Made by a program: the position numbers and the translations under genes. Under the pieces are notes generated by a model. That model had not been told where the DNA came from and did no database searches. It worked only from the letters and a program-made list of their open reading frames with translations. Below are positions 1 to 8,685 of a stretch of DNA of 64,000 bases, piece by piece (the first letter of the stretch is position 1; each line of letters begins with the position of its first letter). The stretch lies in the IMG/VR virus record IMGVR_UViG_3300033066_001917, positions 128,001 through 192,000 of that record; one strand, 5' to 3'. Origin of the DNA: a virus (lineage: Duplodnaviria; Caudoviricetes).

Positions 1-489
1 TTTCAGAAAATTAAGGTCCGATTAAAAGAAATCGGAACCGTTACTGCCAGCTATCCCCCTCAGTTTCAGGAAGTGTGTCGGCATGGGGGAGTTAACCTAA
101 CGGACCCCATGTGTGACGCTCTTTACGATCATTTTCGAGCGAAATATCGTAAGTTCTATCTATGGTGGGTCATAGATCCGGAGAACCCCAGTGCCAGCAG
201 ACTTCACGTGGCTCACGTAAGTGACTTTGATCGATGGGCTAACTCGCGGGTTTATTATGGCCCAATCCCGGAGACTTTTGCGGATCTCAATCGACTCCTA
301 ACCCGATTAGAGGGTGGGAGGGTGCGCGGTCGGGCCATGTACACAGCCCACTACGATGACAAGGGATGGTTCAATATTTATGATAACAACTATAATGTTT
401 TACGCCGCACTCGCTGCTACCCTTATGGCAACACTAGCCGTTGTCCTGTACAACACGGCCCTCACAAAAGAGTCAACTGCACACCTTGA
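1..489 (+). CDS. hypothetical protein (5'-partial, frame open from window start)
   Basis: Frame 1 is open from nt 1 to the stop at 489; no recognisable domain. Confidence 0.4.
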   Translation, partial: FQKIKVRLKEIGTVTASYPPQFQEVCRHGGVNLTDPMCDALYDHFRAKYRKFYLWWVIDPENPSASRLHVAHVSDFDRWANSRVYYGPIPETFADLNRLLTRLEGGRVRGRAMYTAHYDDKGWFNIYDNNYNVLRRTRCYPYGNTSRCPVQHGPHKRVNCTP

Positions 490-889
490 CCTTGTCCAAG
501 AATGGAAGGTTGTTGTTCAACACTCCATGGGTGGGTCCCATGAGGTATACACTGTTCGGGTGTACCCTTATGGGAAAAGCTACAAAGCTACCTATGGAGA
601 CACGACGGTTTCTGGAACCACACCGCATCTAGCGGTCCTCAGATTGGCTTGTAAGCTTGAATGGAACCTGGAATCCGTTCAATATCCTTACCAAACAGGC
701 ATTGTGGAAGAAGTTATGGTTTACTGTGAGGATCAGTGTGATTCCGTTCAGAAGGAGTATGAGGACCTAGCTGATGCCGGTGGTGGGAAAGGGTACACAG
801 CCGATGAATGTGACCTTATTGGTCACGGTGCAAGGTTGGTCAAAAGAAGAATCCGAGAGGGTTCGGAACCGGACGAGGATCGTGAATGA
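314..889 (+). CDS. hypothetical membrane-anchored protein (true start probably ~380)
   Basis: Hydrophobic segment MITTIMFYAALAATLMATLAVVLY; stop overlaps next start. Confidence 0.5.
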   Translation: MGGCAVGPCTQPTTMTRDGSIFMITTIMFYAALAATLMATLAVVLYNTALTKESTAHLDLVQEWKVVVQHSMGGSHEVYTVRVYPYGKSYKATYGDTTVSGTTPHLAVLRLACKLEWNLESVQYPYQTGIVEEVMVYCEDQCDSVQKEYEDLADAGGGKGYTADECDLIGHGARLVKRRIREGSEPDEDRE

Positions 890-1287
890 TGGGTGTTGAC
901 CTATATATTGGGGAAGCTGTTTTGTCTTCCCCTACAGATTGCTTGAAGTATCCGGACGAGTCTCACAAAATAGAGGTTCGGGTTCTGGAGCTACCTGACG
1001 GAAGTAATCATTGGAAATTCTCGTATTCAGGGTTCCGTGACTTTTTACTCAATGCGGGTCTATACGACCTTATGTGGGCGGATGGTACCGCCATTATGTC
1101 CGATCATCCGGGCTGTGACCTGATTACACCAGAGATGCTTAGTAGATTCCAGCAAGCTAAAAAATGCTTGGAAGGGCAAGACCCAGCCCTCAAATTACGG
1201 TCTCATATTGAGGCCATCAACTGGTTTGTATCCCAGTCAGAAAGGGCGCTGGGTGCCTGTAAAATCCCGGCGATCATGAACCGATGA
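886..1287 (+). CDS. hypothetical protein
   Basis: ATGA-coupled to neighbours. Confidence 0.6.
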   Translation: MMGVDLYIGEAVLSSPTDCLKYPDESHKIEVRVLELPDGSNHWKFSYSGFRDFLLNAGLYDLMWADGTAIMSDHPGCDLITPEMLSRFQQAKKCLEGQDPALKLRSHIEAINWFVSQSERALGACKIPAIMNR

Positions 1288-1577
1288 TAACCTTAGAATA
1301 CGACCCATCGTCCGATGTTTTGTACGTTAAAATAGGTGGATCCAACCCCACCACTTCTAGGACCCCTGATGATGACGCTAATTTTATCCTCAATCTGGAT
1401 GAATATGGTTCCATCGTTGGTGTGCAATGGATCTCACCCCATCAAACTCCGGAGCATTCGGAATGGATGACTTTGCCAGAAGGGATTCGTAATATCATTG
1501 AAAACTGGTTTTCATCCCAGGACAAATTCTACCCCTGGACAACACTCCAAATTCAAACGGCCAAATTGTTCTTATGA
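1284..1577 (+). CDS. DUF2283-like protein
   Basis: ITLEYDPSSDVLYVKI...ILNLDEYGSIVGV pattern typical of DUF2283. Confidence 0.6.
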   Translation: MITLEYDPSSDVLYVKIGGSNPTTSRTPDDDANFILNLDEYGSIVGVQWISPHQTPEHSEWMTLPEGIRNIIENWFSSQDKFYPWTTLQIQTAKLFL

Positions 1578-1774
1578 CATTAGAATCAAAAATACAAGAT
1601 GGAGTAACTGTCAGCGTTGGTTCACTTGTGTGCCAACTTTGCAGTGAGCGCAAAACGGTTGCCTTTATGCTTCCCGGGAACCGGGCCATTTCAGAAGAGG
1701 AGATTGACGCTCTGGGGGCCGGATGGGTTTGTGACCAGTGCAGACACCACCACTTTTTACAAACCCCCAATTGA
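1574..1774 (+). CDS. small Zn-ribbon protein
   Basis: Two CxxC pairs; translationally coupled. Confidence 0.5.
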   Translation: MTLESKIQDGVTVSVGSLVCQLCSERKTVAFMLPGNRAISEEEIDALGAGWVCDQCRHHHFLQTPN

Positions 1775-1775
1775 C

Positions 1776-2201
1776 TTAGCGGGCAATCAAAGCACATCCT
1801 AGAGCTATTAGGATAGATCCTACGATTGTGTTTTGATTGGTGGGTATTTTGTATACCAAGACGCTAATGAGAATCGCCACCAAGGGGTAAGCGCTGGTCA
1901 TCGGAATAACTTTTGTGGGTGGGAGCCGCGTGAAAGCTTCGTGGTAAGTTGTGGTGCCGAGGATGCCGCAGAGAATAGAAACAATCCCCCATCCGATCGC
2001 GGGATAAAACTCCCCCTGCCGATGTACCCTCGCAATGTGGCAGAGAATGGGGATCTCCGCAATAGCCATAATCACCGCCACGATGGCCATGGCCAATTGA
2101 GCACCATAAGGACCAGCAAGGTGTGTGGCCCTATCGTGTGCGACCGCTTGTAACCCCCACAATAAAGCTGTAACCCCTACTAAACCGTAGGCTAACCACA
2201 T
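1776..2201 (-). CDS. EamA/DMT-family small membrane protein
   Basis: About 5 TM segments; KVIPMTSAYPLVAILISVLV...GSILIALG pattern. Confidence 0.7.
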   Translation of the reverse strand: MWLAYGLVGVTALLWGLQAVAHDRATHLAGPYGAQLAMAIVAVIMAIAEIPILCHIARVHRQGEFYPAIGWGIVSILCGILGTTTYHEAFTRLPPTKVIPMTSAYPLVAILISVLVYKIPTNQNTIVGSILIALGCALIAR

Positions 2202-2497
2202 TAAAAACCTTTGGCCCCTATTGAGCTCAAAGCAACGGTTAGAAGACCCACCACCTGATCTATTGAAGCTCTGGCCTCTTTGTCCCCTACTTTCTGCGAT
2301 AGTCGTAGTTGGGTCAATTTCTGGATTGCTTCTTTAATGGCATCAACAGCTTCCGGGTGTGGTAGTCTGGACCCGAGTATATCAATTGCTCGCTTCAGGG
2401 GTTCATCATCATAGGGTTTGTAAGGGTCACCAGGACCAGCGAATGGGGCGGCCCCGTACATCATCACGCTCATCGTTGTTGGTTGTTTTTTGGGCAT
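2201..2497 (-). CDS. hypothetical protein
   Basis: ORF coupled to downstream gene. Confidence 0.5.
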   Translation of the reverse strand: MPKKQPTTMSVMMYGAAPFAGPGDPYKPYDDEPLKRAIDILGSRLPHPEAVDAIKEAIQKLTQLRLSQKVGDKEARASIDQVVGLLTVALSSIGAKGF

Positions 2498-2549
2498 GGG
2501 TTATTTTACCTTTCAAAATGGGGAGAGGCACCCTCGGGTGCCTCTCCCC

Positions 2550-2849
2550 TTAAATGCGATTTTGAAACATGGACAGGAAGGTTTTTTCCTCCTGATCTAT
2601 CAGGGCCTTGGACCATCCATAGAAGGTGTCAACATTCTTGTGGGTGACTCCGGCTTCGTCCTCTATGGTGGCCGAGCTATCCAAACCGGCTTCTATAAAT
2701 GCCTCTCTAATGCTAAGTTCGTCCTTGAATTTCAACTCATCATAGCAACAGCCACATCCCCTGCGGACATAAAAAGTTTCGAGCTTAGGGTTGATAGGGC
2801 CATACTTGCCATTGATGATGGTAAGACCGTTTTCATCAACCTTTATCAT
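2550..2849 (-). CDS. hypothetical protein
   Basis: ORF directly after tRNA-Gln. Confidence 0.5.
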   Translation of the reverse strand: MIKVDENGLTIINGKYGPINPKLETFYVRRGCGCCYDELKFKDELSIREAFIEAGLDSSATIEDEAGVTHKNVDTFYGWSKALIDQEEKTFLSMFQNRI

Positions 2850-2850
2850 A

Positions 2851-2924
2851 TGGTTCGGGGTGAGGGAATCGAACCCCCATTAGCGGAGTCAAAGGCCGCA
2901 GTCCTAACCGTTGGACGAACCCCA
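2851..2924 (-). tRNA. tRNA-Gln(TTG)
   Basis: Cloverleaf, loop CT-TTG-AC, GTTCGATTC T-loop, encoded CCA. Confidence 0.9.
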
Positions 2925-2928
2925 AAGA

Positions 2929-2997
2929 CGCGGAGCCACAGATTTGCACTGGTTACCAGGGTTATGGGCCCTGTAGGATACTAAACCCCCCGCCCGC
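2929..2997 (-). tRNA. tRNA-Met(CAT), atypical, initiator-like anticodon stem
   Basis: CAGGG-CCCATAA-CCCTG arm, TGCAAAT T-loop, weak T stem. Confidence 0.6.
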
Positions 2998-3003
2998 AGT
3001 ATT

Positions 3004-3303
3004 TTAATTGATCTCGGTTACACGATTGATTGGTGACAGTCTTTGGTAGCCATCCTTTCCCTGGGCATACACCTTCCCGTCAATAATACTGGGTCCACCA
3101 CCTAGGAGATACAGAGTGTAGTCTATAGCTTTCTTCTCGTCTACACCCGCTGACAGTCGAACTGTTTGACCATTGTAAACAGTCATCGTCGTCACGATTG
3201 GGAGTGGGCTAGGATCACCCGCTACCCCAAGTGTGGTATGCTGACCATATATTTCAAGAATCTTACCATCCTTGAGCTCTACATTGCAAAGATGTTTCAA
3301 CAT
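3004..3303 (-). CDS. hypothetical protein
   Basis: ORF between tRNAs with AAGG upstream of ATG. Confidence 0.55.
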   Translation of the reverse strand: MLKHLCNVELKDGKILEIYGQHTTLGVAGDPSPLPIVTTMTVYNGQTVRLSAGVDEKKAIDYTLYLLGGGPSIIDGKVYAQGKDGYQRLSPINRVTEIN

Positions 3304-3314
3304 AACCTTAATTT

Positions 3315-3400
3315 TGGTGCGAAAGAGGGGACTTGAACCCCTAATGGTTATTAACCCTCGGATTTTAAATCCGCCGCGTCTGCCGTTCCGCCACTCTCGC
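3315..3400 (-). tRNA. tRNA-Leu(TAA)
   Basis: Loop TT-TAA-AA, long variable arm, CCA. Confidence 0.92.
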
Positions 3401-3599
3401 CTGAATAGTCCTTACCGCATCGGGGGCATCTCTGGACGGTAAGATAGTAAGTAAATCCACAGGAACATTCTGTTTTCCCAGCCTTGATCGCATTCTCTTT
3501 TGCTTTCGCCCACACGTCCTTACCAAACAAATCTTCAGGGGTGGCAGAGCAGAGTTTGCATCCAATTCTCGGATTACGGTGATTCGAGCAGATTCCCAT
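3351..3599 (-). CDS. small Cys-rich protein (3' end overlaps tRNA-Leu)
   Basis: MGICSNH... with CxxC pairs, starts right after tRNA-Gln. Confidence 0.4.
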   Translation of the reverse strand: MGICSNHRNPRIGCKLCSATPEDLFGKDVWAKAKENAIKAGKTECSCGFTYYLTVQRCPRCGKDYSGESGGTADAADLKSEG

Positions 3600-3600
3600 A

Positions 3601-3673
3601 GTTCCCGCAGATGGAATCGAACCATCATTCCCAGAGTCAGAGGCTGGTGTCCTAACCGTTGGACGATGCGGAA
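3601..3673 (-). tRNA. tRNA-Gln(CTG)
   Basis: Loop CT-CTG-AC, GTTCGATTC. Confidence 0.9.
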
Positions 3674-3684
3674 TCAAATACGTA

Positions 3685-3760
3685 GTGCCACAGGTTGGAA
3701 TTGAACCAACTTCTCCGGGGCTTCAACCCAGCGCTTGTGTGCCTCTTCAGCTTCTGTGGC
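3685..3760 (-). tRNA. tRNA-Phe(GAA)
   Basis: Loop TT-GAA-GC, GTTCAATTC. Confidence 0.85.
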
Positions 3761-3768
3761 ATTGTTGA

Positions 3769-3836
3769 CAGGCGGACTGGGAGTCGAACCCAGCTCAAAC
3801 GGTTTTGGAGACCATCTGGATCCCGGACCTCCGCCT
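3769..3836 (-). tRNA. tRNA-Trp(CCA), reduced D arm
   Basis: ATGGT-CTCCAAA-ACCGT arm, GTTCGACTC. Confidence 0.8.
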
Positions 3837-3877
3837 AAATTGGCGAAAAGGTTGGGGTCGCCATAAAGGACCTAAGT

Positions 3878-3953
3878 TGGTGTGGGGAGGGGGATTTGAA
3901 CCCCCGACCAACCGGATATCAACCGGGTGCACTAACCACCGTGCTACCCCCAC
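3878..3953 (-). tRNA. tRNA-Ile(GAT)
   Basis: Loop TT-GAT-AT, CCA. Confidence 0.88.
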
Positions 3954-4140
3954 ATTCGAATCAAACGCCGTGGTCGGTTCCACGGCGTTGATAATGTTGA
4001 TTGTGAGGGTTGGGGTCATTGAAGTACTCGATTGGTTTGGGTTATAGAAAACTTACCGTCAGAGTTGTTACGCATCTGATTTAGTTCTGGTCGTTCGTCA
4101 GGATGATTCCCTAGCTATAGGAACGACACCATGAGTACCC

Positions 4141-5727
4141 ATGGCCCTCAAAACAGTCGAAATCTCTGTCGCCCAAGCAATTGAAGCTAGCAGTACCTAC
4201 ACCAACGAGCAAATTGCTTTCCATGCCAGTGACCTCTACCTAGGGTCAATGGAGGGGCTGGCTATTCTGGATAACACCGCCGCCCTATCCTGGGATTACA
4301 ATTCTGTCACAAAAAAACTCAGTGGTCTTGCAGTAGGGAGTCTCAACTCTTCCAATATTGCAACGGCGTCCGGTGTTTCTAGTTACGTTGTTGGAAGCAA
4401 AATATTCCTTATTTTCACCAGACAGACGACCACCAGTAGTGGTGTTCCATGGTCGGCCCAAAGCGGCCCCTATCTAGTGAATGTGGTCGGGAATGGGTCC
4501 ACGGTTGCCGAGCTTATTCGAGCCCCGGAATTCTATACCCTTGCCGATGTCAATCTGGGGGCCTTTGCGAACGTCACTGCTGGGACCTATGCCGCTACGG
4601 CTACTTTCTTGAGCAGTAAGGGTGGGGGGTCTTTTGACGCCACCCCCCTGGTTTTCTCGATGGTAGGAACAGGAACCCCGGGGAACCTACCCTCAGCCAC
4701 GGGGGCTGGTGCCTATCCGCGATCCACGGGTGTGGGCACAACTTACACTGCTGTTTTTCCAGTGCTCCAAGGATTGTTGGCGGCGAGACCGGCGGCCAGC
4801 GCTAGTCTGCAGGGTACCTCTTATCTAGCTACGGATCTCACCCCTCCCCTTTTATATCAGTGTATATCAACGGGTCCTAGTACCTATGGGTGGTACCTGC
4901 AAGCCGCTGGGATAAGTGCCGCTGAGGCCAGAGATTCGATCGGGGCCGGTACAAGCAGTGTCGCTCTGGCATCAACCGCTCCGGCTGCATTGGGGGTGAC
5001 CAACGTTGGGATTGGAACCACGGCCGCTCGGAGTGACCACGTTCATCCCCTACCCACAGCGGCAACAATCGGGGCTATTGCCACATCCAGTCTTTCCAAT
5101 TCAACTCCCGCAGCCCCAGGGTCAGCAAGTCCAGGAGTGGCTACCTCGGTTTCCAGAAGCGATCACGTTCATGCACCGACAACTGCCACACAAGTTGGAC
5201 TCGGGGCTGTAACGGCAACGGGTGCAGATGCGGCGACGGCTAGAGCCGTGATCTCGGCAGTTGCTACAACTAGATCAATTGGTACCACTGCCGGATTGTC
5301 CGGTGGGGGTACCTTATCTGGTGACCTCACTCTTTCAGCAACGAATGCCGCCGTAGGTCCAAGACATATCCCACTAGGCGGATATGCAACGGTTTCGGCT
5401 GTTGATGGGACAATGGTGATTGGTGGAAGCCCGGAAGCTTTAGGGCCTTCAGACTTTTCTATCACTGGGAAGACAACGGTTTGGACTCTGCGGCTTGTAG
5501 CCAGTGTGGTGTCACCGGAGACTTTGACCGTGGTTCTTTACAATCTAACGGATTCCACGACTGCGGCAACCATCACTGTCACAGAAACTACACCTACGGC
5601 GAAAAGTGCCTCGGTGACGGTTCCCGGTGGGGCCAAGTTGTTTGAGCTTCGGGCATCCTGCTCGGGTTCAACAAACGCCGAGTATGGTGTTATCAATTCC
5701 TCTTCTTTGAAAGTGCACTGGACATAA
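4141..5727 (+). CDS. tail fiber-like virion protein
   Basis: Ala/Thr/Gly/Ser-rich; two (A/S)RSDHVH motifs and GLSGGGTLSGDLTLS, both common in phage fibers. Confidence 0.75.
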   Translation: MALKTVEISVAQAIEASSTYTNEQIAFHASDLYLGSMEGLAILDNTAALSWDYNSVTKKLSGLAVGSLNSSNIATASGVSSYVVGSKIFLIFTRQTTTSSGVPWSAQSGPYLVNVVGNGSTVAELIRAPEFYTLADVNLGAFANVTAGTYAATATFLSSKGGGSFDATPLVFSMVGTGTPGNLPSATGAGAYPRSTGVGTTYTAVFPVLQGLLAARPAASASLQGTSYLATDLTPPLLYQCISTGPSTYGWYLQAAGISAAEARDSIGAGTSSVALASTAPAALGVTNVGIGTTAARSDHVHPLPTAATIGAIATSSLSNSTPAAPGSASPGVATSVSRSDHVHAPTTATQVGLGAVTATGADAATARAVISAVATTRSIGTTAGLSGGGTLSGDLTLSATNAAVGPRHIPLGGYATVSAVDGTMVIGGSPEALGPSDFSITGKTTVWTLRLVASVVSPETLTVVLYNLTDSTTAATITVTETTPTAKSASVTVPGGAKLFELRASCSGSTNAEYGVINSSSLKVHWT

Positions 5728-6689
5728 TGGCAATTCTAACCTCTGCAACCACCCCAGCTACGGGTACGGAAGCAATCTTTGATTTGATAGACATTTTGTG
5801 CCTTGCCGGGTGGGAGATCCCGCAATGGTCCGATGGGTCAACCCTGACAACCCCGGGCTCCCCACTCACGGCAAACCCATATGGTAGTGCAGCCTCAGGT
5901 GCTGGAAACTTAGGGAATACCGGTGCATGGTTCAGAATCACAGCACCAGATGGTAGCCGTGAATGGATGTTCCAAAGAAACTCTACTGACAAGTCCTGGA
6001 AAACATATCGGTCCCGATTAGGTTTCAGTGGTGGTAGCCCATCTGCCACCACTCTTCCCACCGACGCTGTATCCGGCCAATTGATTTGGAACGCCGATAC
6101 ATGGTATCTCCCTCCTGGTAGATGGCTTGTAGAAGCCGAAGACAGTGCCCCCTATGGTTTCACTGGCTTTACTGTTGTGATTGGTGGTGGGAATGTTCGT
6201 ACTGTGTTGTTTGATGAGCCCCTGGTGTCGGGTAGTTACCCTGCTGCTGACTTAGATCCTGTTTTGTCTGGTGTTTATTACAACAGTTCCGGCTTTGGCC
6301 CCTATGACTTTTATATTTCCCCGGGGGGAGTTCCTGTTGGGTACAAGCGATTTCTCCACGGTAACGTATCAGCCTCTAATGCCCGGTTTTCTTATTTCTT
6401 CCAGAGGAGTCCTGATGGGTCAAGGGTAGCCCCAGCCGAAAATACAAGCTTCTCCCAAATGAGCCCAAGTCCTTACAACAACAGTGAAATTCCAGTCCCG
6501 ATTTTTGTAGCCACAAATGCACCAGCAGCTACTAACACCGGGTGGATCGGAGTGACAAGAACGCACCGATGGACAACGGTTGGTGGACGTAGCAACGGTC
6601 AAACCCTCTATGATTCCACCAACAATAAGTATTGGATATATTGTGGCGGGCTATGGGTTCAGTGGGATAACACCACGCCAACGATCTAA
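5727..6689 (+). CDS. putative virion/tail-associated protein
   Basis: Coupled to the fiber gene; beta-rich, Gly/Trp/Ser-rich. Confidence 0.65.
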   Translation: MAILTSATTPATGTEAIFDLIDILCLAGWEIPQWSDGSTLTTPGSPLTANPYGSAASGAGNLGNTGAWFRITAPDGSREWMFQRNSTDKSWKTYRSRLGFSGGSPSATTLPTDAVSGQLIWNADTWYLPPGRWLVEAEDSAPYGFTGFTVVIGGGNVRTVLFDEPLVSGSYPAADLDPVLSGVYYNSSGFGPYDFYISPGGVPVGYKRFLHGNVSASNARFSYFFQRSPDGSRVAPAENTSFSQMSPSPYNNSEIPVPIFVATNAPAATNTGWIGVTRTHRWTTVGGRSNGQTLYDSTNNKYWIYCGGLWVQWDNTTPTI

Positions 6690-6701
6690 TAGAGGTGGAA
6701 C

Positions 6702-6917
6702 GTGGCTGATTACAACGGGTTTTCAATCTCCAACCCCACTATCCTTTACGGATCGCAGAGATACCCCAGACGGGAGGGACTGATTCTAGATCCTACAACC
6801 GGAGGGGTTAGTGTCACCACCTACTACTATCGAACCACGATTGGCACCCGCGGTTCTACTACAGACCCTGGAACCATTCCTGTAGGTGCTGTAGTAGAGA
6901 GAATTGTAGTATCATGA
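6702..6917 (+). CDS. small putative virion protein
   Basis: GAGGTG RBS before GTG; last gene of plus-strand module. Confidence 0.55.
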   Translation: MADYNGFSISNPTILYGSQRYPRREGLILDPTTGGVSVTTYYYRTTIGTRGSTTDPGTIPVGAVVERIVVS

Positions 6918-6923
6918 ACTTAG

Positions 6924-6997
6924 ACCAACGGGCCGGACTCGCACCGGCTTCAGCTAGGGTTGCAATCTAGCGGCTCGACTACTTCACCATCCGTTGG
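6924..6997 (-). tRNA. tRNA-Cys(GCA)
   Basis: Loop TT-GCA-AC, U73, TGCGAGT T-loop. Confidence 0.85.
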
Positions 6998-7000
6998 ATA

Positions 7001-7071
7001 ATCCCGCTGACGGATTTGAACCGACATCTCCCAGGTACAGGCTGGGAATCCTACCATTGAACGAAACGGGA
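7001..7071 (-). tRNA. atypical tRNA (TGT at anticodon position, Asp/Gln-type body)
   Basis: CCCAG-CCTGTAC-CTGGG arm, GTTCAAATC; C33. Confidence 0.6.
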
Positions 7072-7074
7072 ATA

Positions 7075-7094
7075 GAGCTGTAGGTGAGAATTGA
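7075..7094 (-). pseudogene. tRNA 3' fragment (Thr-like)
   Basis: TCAATTCTCACCTACAGCTC resembles the 3' ends of neighbouring tRNA-Thr genes; rest absent. Confidence 0.45.
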
Positions 7095-7127
7095 TACCTG
7101 ATATTCTCATTATGGCTTACCAACGGT

Positions 7128-8132
7128 GTGAAAACCAGCTATATCTCATTTTCTTGCTCTCGGTGCGGAACTATAAGTCAACGGAATAGGGTCAATTGGC
7201 ACCCTGAACACAAAAACCACTTTTGTAGTAGGGAATGCAGAATACTTTTCCCAAGTGAGCAAACGAAAGTTGATCAACCTTGCGGTCATTGTGGTGATAT
7301 CGTCACTAGGAGAGCCAAAATCCAACAGGAGTCCAAGTCCGGTCACATTTTCTGTAATCATTCATGCGCAGCCAAATACAGAAATGCACACAAAACCACC
7401 GGTACCCGTAGGTCTAAACTGGAGGTTTGGCTAGAGGATAGGCTTCGGGAGCTTTATCCGGATCTTGACATCCATTGTAATCGAACGGACGCAATCAATG
7501 GCGAGCTTGACTTCTACTTCCCAGGGTTGAAACTGGCTTTTGAACTCAACGGGATTTTCCACTATGAACCCATCTATGGGGGGCCTGAAAAGCTGACCCG
7601 AATCCAGAACAACGATGCGCGGAAAATGGCTGCTTGTTTGGAGCGTGGAATTGAGTTGTGTGTGGTTGATACCAGTCAAGCTGATTACTTCAAGTCCAAG
7701 GTGGCGGAAAAATTCCTGGGGATCGTTCGGGGGGTTTTGGACAAGGTGATAGATCAGCGAACCCGGGCGGGGTGGGCCATTCAATCCACGGACCCCACCA
7801 GGGGTCAAACTGCGTCTCCAACAGCACCAGTAGTTGAGTTTCGGCCTCCTTTCTTGGCAACCCATGCCTTAGAGAGATCCCTACAATGGATGGCGGAGAT
7901 AAGGGATGGGAAAATAACCAGAACCGAGTTGGGAACAAGAGAAAACGTCAACCCATCGCGTATAAGCCAACTTCTGAACCTCGTGTATCTTCCAGATGAG
8001 ATGAAAACAAAACTAACCGGTAGAGACCCCTCCGTTGGCTTCCTTACCATTCAACAGGCCACCGAATTGGGGAGAGAGAATCGGGGTTTCAGAGGTAAGC
8101 ATAAATTGTCAAAAAAAGTTGTTACCTCCTAG
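7128..8132 (+). CDS. Zn-ribbon + PD-(D/E)XK (DUF559/Vsr-like) endonuclease + C-terminal HTH, copy 1
   Basis: CxxC/FCxxxC repeats, ELDFYFPGLKLAFELNGIFHY core, ELGTRENVNPSRISQLLNL HTH. Confidence 0.8.
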   Translation: MKTSYISFSCSRCGTISQRNRVNWHPEHKNHFCSRECRILFPSEQTKVDQPCGHCGDIVTRRAKIQQESKSGHIFCNHSCAAKYRNAHKTTGTRRSKLEVWLEDRLRELYPDLDIHCNRTDAINGELDFYFPGLKLAFELNGIFHYEPIYGGPEKLTRIQNNDARKMAACLERGIELCVVDTSQADYFKSKVAEKFLGIVRGVLDKVIDQRTRAGWAIQSTDPTRGQTASPTAPVVEFRPPFLATHALERSLQWMAEIRDGKITRTELGTRENVNPSRISQLLNLVYLPDEMKTKLTGRDPSVGFLTIQQATELGRENRGFRGKHKLSKKVVTS

Positions 8133-8204
8133 AGCCGTAGAACGGTACTGCCCCGTCTACTCCGACGTACGAAATCGGCGCCTCACTATTTTGGCTTCTA
8201 CGGC
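8132..8204 (-). tRNA. tRNA-Thr(CGT)
   Basis: CCGAT-TTCGTAC-GTCGG; non-canonical GGCAGTA T-loop. Confidence 0.8.
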
Positions 8205-8223
8205 GTTTCGGTTCTTGCGAACC

Positions 8224-8296
8224 GGAGCTAGTGCAGAGAATTGAACTCTGATTTCCTGAGTACCGATCAGGTGTACTGCCGTTGTACTACACCAGC
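8224..8296 (-). tRNA. tRNA-Thr(GGT)
   Basis: CCTGA-TCGGTAC-TCAGG; GTTCAATTC. Confidence 0.88.
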
Positions 8297-8415
8297 GAGT
8301 CTACGTTAGCGGGAACAAGGACACGTTGTCCCTGTTCCCACTGACGTAGTCTGTGTGCTGATGAAGAACTGGTACATGGCTTCGTTTGGTATTACGCTGG
8401 TATAGGCAGAGTAGG

Positions 8416-8682
8416 TTAGAGATTCGACCGACCCTGACGGACGGTTGCAATCTCTTCTGGTGTCCGTGGGTAGTACTCGGCTACTCCGATCAGGGGGCAC
8501 CCTGGGGCATGCTGGAGGGCAACGGGTCCACCGTATTCCTCGCGGATCATCCAGCGCAGGCAGGACCGGCACGAACCCCTGGCGCACACGTAGTCAATAT
8601 CGCAGTCCCGGCAACGACCGTCTGGGCATCCTGCGTCAGGATCACCACAATCAATGCATGGATGGTCTTCCGTGTCTTCCAT
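8416..8682 (-). CDS. small Cys-rich protein
   Basis: Starts 3 nt after the methylase stop; several CxxC. Confidence 0.45.
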   Translation of the reverse strand: MEDTEDHPCIDCGDPDAGCPDGRCRDCDIDYVCARGSCRSCLRWMIREEYGGPVALQHAPGCPLIGVAEYYPRTPEEIATVRQGRSNL

Positions 8683-8685
8683 GGG

